Assembly (NCBI GenBank): GCA_021432655.1 | Contig: MU271421.1 | Location: 1 to 64,000 of the forward strand | DNA from: Atractiella rhizophila | Lineage: Eukaryota | Direction: 5' to 3' | Length of the DNA stretch: 64,000 nucleotides | The notes under the pieces: generated by a model | Database searches by the model: none | Seen by the model: the letters and a program-made list of their open reading frames with translations, nothing else | Told to the model about the DNA's origin: nothing | Position numbers and translations under genes: made by a program | In this document: positions 49,802-61,900 of the stretch, piece by piece | Numbering within the stretch: the first letter of the stretch is position 1 | Layout of the letters: each line of letters starts with the position of its first letter

Positions 49802-51209
49802 ATTGGTCAATTATTTGAAGCTCAAAGCGTGGTCTGGACCTTGATGCTGGGAATGGAGGAGCTCTTTTTATACTTCAAGTTCCTACATCGAGAGATCCCT
49901 AGGATCCATAGGCACGCTCCGGTCTGCGGTAAGCGTGCGAAACATATGAGCTGCCGACTCAATTGCTGTCCAGGTAATTTCTTGACATGACAAGCCGCAC
50001 TGGCGAGGCAATAGGAGAATGAATCTCCCGCGGCAGCAGCTTCGCGTTTACACAAGTGCCTAGGACGCGCCAGACAATGACGAAGCCCTTGGACAGGTTA
50101 AGGAAATCAGAGAAAATGCTGTCGTCAGCACGAGGCACGAGTTATGTGGAGATGGAGATGGTCAGTTTTCCAGCTGACATGTTATTCAGAGTCATTGGCA
50201 GGTTGATGCTCGGGAACCCTACATCGGAAGCAAATCCTTTACAGGATCTATCTCCTCAGGCAGGAGCCTGATCATGGAGTAAGCATCGCCCGCTGTGATT
50301 TGACGAAAAGTTGAATTTTGCCAGTAAAACTCGTAATGAGGAATAGCGCTCAAATGCACAAGACGCTGTGTCCAAGGAGATAAAGAAGATTGGTATGTCA
50401 TCTTCTAGCGACCTTTCATTTGTTGACATGAGAGACAGACATCCTTGACTCCATATAAAACCTCAAATCTTCCTCTCCCCCTTATTCGCGGTGTTCACCA
50501 CACTTTCAAACTTTAACTCCGGCAGAATCAACAACTTTGTCTGGAACGACAAATGTCGATTTTGCAGTTAGAAAATAAATTCCAATAGTGATTCGCGTGA
50601 AAGAACAAAGATTGAAAATTTCTCAGTTCAGGTTCAACATTAGCTCATGCACTCCTGAGTCACCGCATTTCGCAAGTGAATGATTTACATCGCTTACCTG
50701 ACAACCTGACAAGCCTTAACCAGTTTCGTTATTGTATTGCGGCAGCAGTCACATCAGTCGCAAGAGAAGGCAGCAGATCCGTAGAGAAACCGTGCCACAA
50801 ATGTTTCCATCTTCTTCAGTCACTCCTACCCTCATGCTCACTCGCTCCAGCACATACCTGTCATTCCTGGCTACGGAAGCACCTCCGTTTGCTATTAGTA
50901 TCCCAGATTTCGCTCCCGGGGGTTGAGGATATGACAGACATTGAGGAGAGAAGGGAAATGGAAATGTGGAGAAAGGATGTCCTTGTGGTGAGCCTTTGTG
51001 TTTCATTCGAGCTATCCATGGCAAAGTTGCAAAGTTCAGCGTGCAATTGCAATACCCTGCAAATGACAGTTCAGCGTTAACACATCGTTTCCTCAAGCGC
51101 TGAACGTTGTTAACAGTCTGACAACGAAGGAAAATTTATATATAATTTCTTTCTTTCCATGAGCTCTACACTTGGTATTGATACAATCCCAAAAACAATT
51201 TAACCTCTT

Positions 51210-52721
51210 TTAGTAAGCACCCTGTTCAGGGTACTTGATTCCTAGCGCCTGAGCGCGACTTATGGAGCTGGGGTCAAAGTACGGTTTTTCACCAATGCTG
51301 ACGATCCTGTCCCCAACACGCTTGTCCTTGTAATCGAAGCTGTAACAAAATCAATCTCTCAGCATGTTGCGAATAGCAGGGAGAGGGGAGAGGACTAACG
51401 TAGCGGTGTGATAGGTGCTTCTATTGTCCCATATCGCGATGGAGTTCTTTTGCCATTTGAATCGGACTTGAGATGAGTGGTTCTCAATCACATGCCTGTT
51501 GATGTATGGAAGTAGAGTGTCGGATTCGTCCCTCGTCACTCCAATCAAGCGCTTCGTGAAGCTATTGCAGTCCAGATCAGTCAGATGACAATGTCGATGC
51601 ATAAAGCAGGCATACTTTTTGTTAACGAAGATGGATTTCCAACCAGTCACTGGGTTGGTTCTACGCTCAGCAGTTCATAAGTTGCTATCTATGACGAAGA
51701 TGAGAGGAAGGAAGACGAACCTGATGACCGGATGGACGGCTTCGAGTTGATCTCCATGGTTGGCGGGATTACCTCGAACTTCATTCCTAAGGCGGAAACC
51801 CAGCCTCTCAGCAATGACGCGGAAGAAGTGTGCTTCGTGTCTCGCTTCCAATCCCTCGAGGAACTTGGCGAAGTTAGGAGAAAGACGGTCGTACTATTTC
51901 TTCTGTTGAATTTTGATGAGGAGGTTGTGATCAGGTAACGCACAGCATCGTATCCGCTTGCCCACAGAGTATCCCCTCCCGTTTCTGGGAGAGTGTGGAT
52001 CTCTGCGAATAGTTTGAGCATGAGGGAGCGTAGAAGGCGTGTGCATACTAAGGATCGCATAGTCAGAAGGAACAGGCTCGAAAGTGATACTATAGGTCAT
52101 GAGCCAGCTGATCAGCATAAGTATAAAAGAGCCTACTCAGCGTGCCATCCATTGGAGCTAAGTGTGGGCCTGTCGTCGACGTTCCTGCTGTACTCGGGCC
52201 GCCTCTCAGAGGTGATGATGCTGACCTCGTCGCCAAGTTCGGAGGTCTCTTCAATGACTGGGTGGATGTGCAATGTCGATTCCTAACCTTGAATGAGTGT
52301 AATATCTTGTTGAGAAATGATTAACACGCCTTGGGTTTACCTGTGAGGCTTCCAAGCTTCCTTCCGAGTTCTTTCTGAGCTTCGATGTCGAGATCTTGAG
52401 CTCGGAAGAAGACAACTCCTCTTTGGGAAACTGCTCTCCGTCAATATCCATTTTGGAATGACGAATCGAAAGAATCTCACCCAAGATAGCCAAGTCGCGG
52501 ATGAGCTCATCCGCGTTCTCAGCTTTAAGCAGATCGCTCAATTGAACATCGACAAATTCCGTTCCGATGATAGGCGTCGAATCGAATTTGGTGAATTTGT
52601 CGAGAGAGCCGCCGTACTTTAAAGGCGCTTGAAGTGTGTTTCCTCCGTGCGGAGCAGCTTCTCCGGAGAGGGAGAGGGACTGGACGGCTTCAGTGACTGT
52701 AGTGGTGGTGGTAGTCGACAT
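51210..52721 (-). CDS. TauD/TfdA-family Fe(II)/2-oxoglutarate dioxygenase (JLP1-like sulfonate dioxygenase)
   Basis: TPIIGTEF, RGVVFFR, GWHADITFE (HxD), GGDTLWASGY, HPVIRTNPVTGWKSIFVN, FKWQKNSIAIWDNRSTYH, GEKPYFDP. Confidence 0.92.
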
Positions 52722-53251
52722 GATACGCTGAGACGAGCTTTTCAAACTCTGGATGGTCCATATCATCTACCTTCCTTTATACGAGGGACAGCCCACTTTG
52801 TCCCCGACAGCAATTAACGGCAGCTATCAGGTAGATGATTCTGTCACTTCAGAGACAACCACACCATCATTGCGTGCGATGGTGGTGCCCGTTATTCACT
52901 CTGTCGCCATTTGGACTCCGCAACGTGTCAGCAGCGCTAGGCCTCTCCACTTTGGTATAAACTTAGATAACGACTCAGCCCACTCAGACTCAATTCTTCA
53001 TTATCAAGAAACATTGCACCAGAGGAAGGCACGATATTCCCGTCCATTAGTAGGTCTAATGCAAGCTGATAAGACATGATGTGCTATTCGTCCCGCATCA
53101 ACCAAGACAAGCGGTCTATGGCGCGATGCCGGGGACGGATGCTCATCAATCCAGAAGATAACGAGAGACTGAAGTTCGATGCAGTTTGTGAAGCTCATAA
53201 ACCAAGAGCGCTCATCTGAATCCCTCACTCCTTCAGCCTAACCTCATCGTC

Positions 53252-55954
53252 ATGAGTAGCAATTCTTCCATTGAGAAAGACGAACGGAACCCTGGAAATG
53301 TAGCTTTGGACAGCGATTCCATAAAAAAGTCCTTTGATGGCATCGAAGCCGGAATCAAACCGTCCAGCTCGACAGAGGACAACATTTTCGAAGATGCTGC
53401 TTTGGGCAAGTTTTATGTTCCAAGAGATGACTATGAGGGAAAACACAGGTGATCTTTGTTTTTCTACAAGAATTGAAGGAAGATCCGACATACAATTAGA
53501 TTTGACCCATCAGCAAGTTGGGAGGCTTCGGAGGAGAGCAAACTATTGAGGAAGGTGGACTACAAGATTTTCGCCTGGTGTGCTTCTTCCTTGCTTTTCT
53601 GACGTGGCTCACGATACCTTTCAATAGGGTGTGCTTGATGTTTTTTGCACTCCAGCTGGATCGAGGTAGGACTCTGCACAGTCCTGCTATTTCATGACGA
53701 AATTTGATGATTTCTCAGGCAACATCAGTCAAGCTTTATCGGACAACTTTCTCAAAGATCTCGGACTCACGACGGATGATTACAACAATGGCCAGGTCTG
53801 TGAACTGCTTCCTCTACGAAGACGAGTTGACTTGGAATGACAGACCATCTTTTACTGCTCTTTTCTCTTCATGGAGGTACGGCTTCGTCTATTCTTCCGA
53901 CACTTTGTCAAACAAAGTTATGTAGCTCCCTTCCCAATTGATTAGCAAGCGTCTCGGGGTCGATGTTTGGATTCCAATCCAAATGGTCGCATGGTCTGCT
54001 GTCGCGGTTTGTGGTTTCCTTTCTTCAAGGCGATAGTTTCATTCGATTCTTGTGAAGGCGTCCCAATCGAGAATCACTGGAAGAACGACGTTCTACATTA
54101 CTCGTTGGCTTCTCGGTGCTCTTGAGGGAGGCTTCATTCCTGACGTGAGTTCAATACCCTTCCTTCTTCGCGGACCAACGTGCACATCAGATTATTTTGT
54201 ACCTGAGCTACTGGTATAAGCGAGAGGAACTGCCTATCCGCCTAAGCTTCTTTTGGACTACTCTGACAAGCACAAATATAATCGGTTGGTTCATCTCCCC
54301 TCTGATTCTTTCGCATAACTAAATAAGTCGAAGGGTCATTCCTCGCGTATGGAATCTTGCACCTGCGTGATCATAGAGGTTGGGAAGGCTGGAGGTAAGG
54401 TTTTGGACTGTGCTGTGCTATCTCGCAGTACTAAAGAAAAGACGCACAGATATCTGTTCCTCATTGAAGGTGCGTCACAGCTCGATGCTCGAGGCGGCAT
54501 TGGAAAATGACGCATCCGATCTCAAATCAGGATCGATCACGGCTCTGATTGGAGTCTTGTCCTTTTGGTATCTTCCTCCTTCGCCAACTCAAACAAAGAG
54601 TTGGTTTCGCGGCAAGAACGGTTGGTTTTCAGAGCGCGAAGAGGTTCGTAATCCAGCTTCATCTGGCAGCGCGGAAACTGAGACTGGTGGCAGGTCATCC
54701 TGGTCTGTTGTCTTCAATAGTGTAAATCGTCACTGTACTCATGAATTATACTTCACATTAGGTCAATCGCATTGTAGGCATTCTTCTCTTCACCTATCGC
54801 CTAAACTGACGGTCAACGTTCAGTTACGCGACGATCCCAGCAAAGGGTGAGTTGTTGTCTTTTTGTGTCGCGACAACTAAAGGATCTCCAGGGACATGCA
54901 TAATCGTCAAGGACTGAGTGTGCAAATGTTCCGAGACTCGTTAGCCGATTACGACATGTGGTTACTTTACCTCGTCCGTCTTTCATCTTGCTTCATGTCA
55001 CCAACCAACTCAGTCCACGCAAACCCACAGCTAGGACTGCTAATCTTCATCCCCATGACCCCTCCCAGTTCCTACCTCACCCTCACCCTCCGTCAACTCG
55101 GCTTCAACACCTTCAAGACCAACCTGCTCGTCATCCCCGCCAACGTCCTGCTCATGATCCAAATGATAGTTCTCGCGCGTGTGTCGCGACGTATCAAGGA
55201 GAGAGCTTTCACCGCCATGTTGGGGAGTCTTTGGGTCTTCCCCCTCCTCATCACTCTCATCTTCTTGCCCGCCGACGTCAACCATTGGGGCAAGTATGCG
55301 GTCTTGGTGCTCTTGCTTGGATACCCTTATTGTCATCCCATCTTGGGTCAGTAGTACCTACGATTGTGGGACGTGATGTGTGACAATGGGTGATGCAGTG
55401 GCTTGGAATTCGGCGAACAGTAATTCTGTAAGGACGAGAACGATCAGCGCGAGCTTGTACAATATGTCGGTGCGTTCGTTCTCCTTTACCCACAAACTCC
55501 CGTTCAGGTGTGGTACGCAGGTCCAGCTTGGGAACATTGTTTCGACACAAATTTATCGCGCAGATGACGCTCCACTGTGTTCGTTCTTTCTTCGTCCACC
55601 TTTTCCGACGAAGTTCACATCTCGTCGAGAATAGACCGAAGGGGGAACAAAATTCTGCTAGGGATCAACGTAGCCTCTATCTTCGTCTTTCTCATTACAA
55701 AGGTGTATTACAGTCAGAGGAACAAGTGGAAGGCTAGGAGGTGGGATGCGATGACTGTCGAGGTACGAGTTTCTTGGTTATCTACATGCATGTGGATGCA
55801 ACCAGTACTAATGCCGTGTTATGAGCAGGAAAAAGAGAACTATCTCGCTACAACGACTGACAAAGGAAACAAAAGGTAAGCAGCCCTCCAAGCTAAGACT
55901 ACGGGATAGACTAACGATCAATTCTACAGGCTGGATTTTCGATTCTTTCATTGA
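53252..55954 (+). CDS. MFS transporter, Dal5/allantoate-permease family, SOA1-like (sulfonate/alternative sulfur uptake)
   Basis: YEGKHRFDP, LQLDRGNISQALSDNFLKDLGL, ELPSQLISKRLG, GALEGGFIPD, RDDPSKGDMHNRQG, WNSANSNSVRTRT, TTTDKGNKRLDFRFFH*. About 20 exons. Confidence 0.88.
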
Positions 55955-56331
55955 TTTCGGTGTTGGGCTTGCACAAAAGGGTTGGCATGGGCTTAGGATG
56001 GGATAGAATGGGTTGTATTGGCAACATTCATGATAACGAAGACTGATTGGCACGAAATAGAATACATTAAAGAATCCTGGGTTCAATTGTGATGGTCACA
56101 ATGAATTTTACACTCAGTGACAGCAAAAAGCGGAAAGGAGCTTCCGTCTCATGCAGCAATTGAATATTGCCTGGGAAGCAGGTTGGACATAAATCGCGTA
56201 ATAGAAGAGAAGAATCGCGTCGCTTTCCTAAACATAACGAAAAAGGAAGCGAGAAAGGAGATAATATGGATGGACAGAAAAATGAACGCGTCGAGATCAG
56301 AATCCATGATGTCGGGGTCGGGGCACCACAG

Positions 56332-56732
56332 TCAATCGTCGGGATCGACTCCAAGCTTGTCGTACATCTCCTTCACGCTACACCTTTCGAAATTCGCCAA
56401 TTTTCCAATGAGGATCTGTGCCGCGTCCTGTTTCGTCAATGGATTGAACATCATCACGATGATTTGACAGGTTGGACAACAAAACGTTAAGTACTCTGTG
56501 GACGCGTCAAAAGGCGAAATATCTCACTCGACATTCGTTGTATTGATGGAGCAGCTTGATATGCTCGTCTACGATCGATTGAGGATCTAAGTTGCTTGAA
56601 ATTACATTGTTTATTTCGTTTGAGCAAGGGGTGGATAAAGCACGCTCACCCTAAGAATGCCTCAAGCTCGGCCACTTCTTTCTTCACTGCTATCAGCTTG
56701 AGCTCTTGTTTGCTCGCAGTGGGGTTCTGCAT
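56332..56732 (-). CDS. swi5: Swi5/Sae3-family homologous-recombination accessory factor (3 exons, ~80 aa)
   Basis: Spliced: MQNPTASKQELKLIAVKKEVAELEAFLG/NLDPQSIVDEHIKLLHQYNECR/DAAQILIGKLANFERCSVKEMYDKLGVDPDD*. This fits the Swi5 motif HIxLLHxYNExxD..Q.L.G..A. Confidence 0.85.
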
Positions 56733-56858
56733 CTTGGAAGAATAATACTGCTGCTGCTTGGAATCAGCTGTATTAACGTATATAATGTTCAAGTAATGTT
56801 GTAAAAATATCGCCGCATCTCGCAAATTCGCTCCTGATATGACCAGGAGAACGACGAA

Positions 56859-58510
56859 ATGATTGTTCCACCCGAGAACCCGCCTCAGAGCACCTCCCAG
56901 CCCCCTGCACCCTCCCACGAAACACAGGCCCACACTCATCCTCACCGCCGGCGAGAAGGAAGCGGGAGTCACCATGCGCGCCGCCCACGGAAGTCGATCA
57001 CCATCCTCTCCCACACGGCGTCCGGGGAGCCCTCCCTCGTGTCCTTCGACCCGGACGAGCAGCCGCCGCCGTATGCTGCTGCTCCTCCCGCGCTGGACGG
57101 TGCGGATGGGGCGGAGGAGGATGTTGCTTTTCCTCCGTCGCCCACCGCACATACTCACTCTCACCCTCACTCCCACTCCCACTCACACCCTGCGGCCGTG
57201 ACAAGCGAAACTACGCCCCTCCTCCCGTCTAGTCGCCATCCTCACTCCGCCCCCTCTGCTTTCCATCGGTATTTCTACAGACTAGTAGATAAGAAGTCCT
57301 GGTTCGCTCTCTCTTACCTCCTCGCACTCAACGTCCCTCTCGCACTCCTGGCATGGGTCTTCGCTTTCGTCGGAACGGTATTGGGAACGACGCTGTTGTT
57401 GACTTTGCCCCTTGGAGTCTGTGTTTGGTGGGTCACGTTGGTCGGCGTGAGAGCTGGGGGGAGGGCAGAGGTATGTATTCATGTTTTAGGAGGTGTTGGT
57501 GCTTTCGATCTTGCTGTGAGAATGATTCCCATTCTCATTCATGTGGAGAGATGAGGATTCTCTTTTTATCGGCACCTTCCATGAGATGAGGAGTGGATTC
57601 CTTCATTTCAATTCGTAACAACAAGGGGTAACCTACTTTCTCCATATTCCATAATTCCGCAAATATCTAATACTGGATGCACATTGATGTTGGCCTGTTC
57701 TCGCCCTTTTTCTCCTCATATATGTTCATCTATGACGCGCGTTGTTGAGGTATGAGTATACCTCCGATGTGAACGATGTGCTTCAACAACGGCAATGGGG
57801 AGCACTGGCACTTTTATTTGTTTTTATTGCATGATATTGTTGAACGTATTCCAACACCGTTTTGTCAACTGGAGAGCTCAAGTATTTGGTGACTGACCTC
57901 GCTTCCTCCAGCTCCTAATCCAATACACATTCAACCCACCCTCCAACCCTTCCCCTCCCCCTCCTCCCCGTCCAATCTTCCACCGCGACTCCCGCTCGCT
58001 CCGAATGCAACACGCCTCCCTCCTCCTCGAGACCGGCTCCGAAGGAGACTCCGACGTCTCCCTCCCTGCCTCCCGGTCTCCCTTCATCGCCGAATCATAC
58101 CTCCTCGTCAGTATTCCGCATCCTCCCTCTCCTTCCCTCCCTTCCCATTCGTTCAATTGTTAACTGAAGAGACCACTGGTTTTGATGTTTGATGTTTGAT
58201 TTTTGATGGATGGGATGGGATGGTGACAGTTCACAGACCCATACTCCTTCCGCTGCCTCCTCTACTTCCTCATCCCCAAAGCTTGCATCGCCCTCTCCCT
58301 CTTCATCCTCTTCCTCGTCCTCACCGCCGCAGTTGGGATCGGGACCCTCGGATTGGGAATGCCGTTGGTCTTGAGGTGGGCACGTCGCGCCGGCGGTTGG
58401 CAGAGGTACGTGTTGTCCCTTCCTTCCCATTCTGTGAACTGTCGCTGATCGTCAGCATGTGTGGTTGGAATGTGATGTACAGGAGAGTCGCGTTGGATAT
58501 GTTGCGGTGA
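56859..58510 (+). CDS. Uncharacterised membrane protein (disordered N-terminus with PPPY and ETTPLL motifs, ~4 TM segments)
   Basis: Exon 1 runs to 57470 with two hydrophobic segments. After a ~440-nt intron, further exons give LFYFLIPKACIALSLFILFLVL... The gene ends RRVALDMLR*. Confidence 0.6.
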
Positions 58511-58999
58511 ACTAGACAATCTTATCGTACGCCTCATGGACGGCTGACCATTTACGGACTTTGAATCATCCCCAACGTTTCTGGTTGCGTTTCTTGGAAG
58601 ATCGGCGTCAGACGCCATCTCGATGTGGGCGGTTGGATGTAACATCGACGGGTCGACATGTCATGCACGGTGCGGTTGGATGTGTGTGGCATCATGCAGT
58701 ATGGACGCTTGTAGTGCAGCGACTGTGGCTCGTGGCTTGGAGCGTCTGCAGAGTACATGTCGACTAATGTCACAATGTTTCATCCATTTCTCATTACCAC
58801 TTCGCAGTAAGATACATGGTAGAGGTAGAGTCACTTCAGTGATTGTGTTTTGGTTAGCATCATTAATATCCTATGAACTGGGCATGAGATTACAATGAGC
58901 ACTAAGTAAATGTATCTGTGTAAAGCCAAAGGTCAGAAAACACATACCGAAACTGCTAGAGAACATACCTGCTTGAAAAATGGCTCCAAAACGATCAAA

Positions 59000-61900
59000 C
59001 TAACCATCCCTCTTTCGTTCCAATTCTTGTTGCCTCACCAACTCGAAATACGTTCCTCTAGCGTTCATCAACGTTTTGTGGTTCCCAACTTCTACAACTC
59101 TCCCTTCAGACGACGTATATCCGCGTGGCATTCTGGATGGTGCTCAGTCGGTGGGCAACGGCGATCGTACCTGAAGCGAAGGTGGTCAGAACTTTTGAGA
59201 ATGGTGCAGCGCAAGGCAGATGACATACCGCGGCCTTGTGCAGCAGAATCGAGTGCGGCTTGTACCACCTTCTCAGATTCTGAATCCAGTGCGCTCGTTG
59301 CTGTAAAGGCACCGTTTAAGACAAGTAAGCAAGCGCTAGCTGTGAAACGCACCTTCGTCAAGCAAGAGGATTCGTGGGTTCCTAGAAAGATCTTAGCGAC
59401 CGCTATTTGATAGAGAGAGGGCAAACCAACCGTATCAGGGCACGCGCGATAGCAATGCGTTGTTTCTAAATAACGTCTCTCTCTCAGACTCAGTTCTGAC
59501 TATAAGACATCACGTACTTGACCACCACTCAGAGCTGCTCCTTTGCCGCCGACTTCCGTGTCATATCCATCTGGTAAAGTCGAGATAAACTGTGATACAA
59601 GTCAGGCAAAGTAAATGTCGTGCAATTCAAGACGCACATCATGAATGTTGGCGCTTTTGCATGCTTGTTCAACCTCCTCTTGAGTGACTTGGTCCATCGG
59701 CTTCGTTGATCCAAGCATGACATTGAACTTGATGCTGCCAGAGAAAAGAGTCTACCAAAGGCATTCAATGTAAGACCAATAAAGGAAACGGTTCATACAG
59801 GCTCTTGGCTAACAAGCGCTATTTGTGAACGGTAATCTTTCACGTTAAGGTCTCGAATGTTGACGCCATCCAAGAGAATTTGACCTGAGCGCTTCATTCA
59901 ACTTGCATGGAATCTCATCCAGGCTAGACGTACCTCCTAAGGGATCATAGAATCTCTCCACGAGTTGAACTATCGTCGATTTGCCACAACCGCTCTATTC
60001 GGCAGCTCAGTTCCTGCACTGTTAAAAATGAACCGTCTCACCTGTCCGACGAGGGCAACAAACTCTCCCGCGTTGAGTTCGATATTGAGACCGCGTAACA
60101 CAGGTCTGCAAAATTATTTCAACATTCGCACAGGGTTGAGCAAGACACCCACATGTCTGGACGTGTAGGATAGTTGAATCGCACATTCCTGAACTCAAGT
60201 TTGTTGATTTCTTTCTCATCCGAAAGCTTCTTTCCGTCCTCGGATTCATCGTCAACTTTTGGCCCTGTATGCTCTAGTCAGCTTAAGAAACTTGAAAAGG
60301 AAAATGGAGCGTACGGGAGTCCATCAGGTTCAAAATGTCGCTCGCCGCACCTCGTCCCTGAGACGCATCCGGGACAAATGTGAAGATATTTCCAACATTA
60401 TTGGCTCCAAAAATGACGGCAATAAGACATATGAAGAATACCCTCGTCTACTTCAAATGTGAGCAGGTGTAGTAAACGAAGGTGTGGCGACGAACAGAAT
60501 AACCTTCGTTGACCAGGAGTCGTGAGCCCCACCAGAAGATCAGTGCCAATATCCAGAACATTCCCGCTAAACCTCTCATATTAGCACACAAGACAACGTT
60601 TCGACGCGGACGCTACCTTGAGTGAAAGCGAACCTGTGGAACGGTTAGAAAGTTGTGATAGCTAGGACTACTGACGCACAGCAGGTTACCCCAAAGCGTA
60701 TGCAGGTTGTTCCTTCGAGCTGGCGCATTCAGAGCTTCGCTGTATTCCTTTACACAAGGATCCTCTCGAGTGAGGGCTAATCCATCCATTTGCTTAACTC
60801 TCCTGCATCTATGGAGAACACGTACAAGCGACCGTTCTGATGGCACTCGCGCATTCGCATGCTTTTTGGGCAGAGTCTGACCCATCGATGAGCAGAGGCC
60901 ACATAACGGAAAGGAAGAGGCACCTTCGTAAGAAGTTCGAGTGAGCTTGTCTTTCAGCACCACAACCTTCAGGCGAACAATGCCTGCTCCGACTGTGATG
61001 CTATCCATGGAATTACTTGATTGCCCTCAGAGAGAGGAAGCAAACACACGGGAGACAAGCTAGGCCTGTAGAGAGAATGCGATTGAGCGCACAACGTCAC
61101 GGCAAACACATCGCTTACCAACCTAGAATTTTATCAGCCAGTATAAATCAATGCAGGGACGAGACTCACAATAGCAATTTTCCAGCCATAGGCAAGACCA
61201 ACTTCACAGATGACATCAATTCATCTAGCTTCGCTCGGTAGAAAGACGACTCACCTATGGCACCACCGAGAAGAGTTAACATGTTCTGGAATATAACACC
61301 AAGTGTTTCTCCTGAGAGGGGATTGAACTGATCGGTCCTGATTTAGCCACTATCCACTGACAGCGTCAGATTTTAACGAACCTTCTCTGGCTTGTCCGAT
61401 ATGGCAGACGTAAGAGCACCAGCAGAATTCCGATCTTCGTCAAAGAACGCGATATCCTGCTTTAGCGTCGATTGGAACATAATCAGTCTGAGGGTACGAG
61501 ACATGGCCTCTCCACATCAATTCATCTAGCTTCGCTCGGTAGAAAGACGACTCACCTATGGCACCACCGAGAAGAGTTAACATGTTCTGGAATATAACAC
61601 CAAGTGTTTCTCCTGAGAGGGGATTGAACTGATCGGTCCTGATTTAGCCACTATCCACTGACAGCGTCAGATTTTAACGAACCTTCTCTGGCTTGTCCGA
61701 TATGGCAGACGTAAGAGCACCAGCAGAATTCCGATCTTCGTCAAAGAACGCGATATCCTGCTTTAGCGTCGATTGGAACATAATCAGTCTGAGGGTACGA
61801 GACATGGCCTCTCCAGCCCAACGATAACAGTACGTTTGTACTAGAATCGCTGTTGATGCAACCAGAGCGAGAGCGAAGAGATACAGCCTGCAAGGGTTAA

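Noticed and set aside
49822..51096. Short ORFs between the SDR and the dioxygenase
   Set aside because: No recognisable motifs or consistent exon chain. Treated as intergenic.
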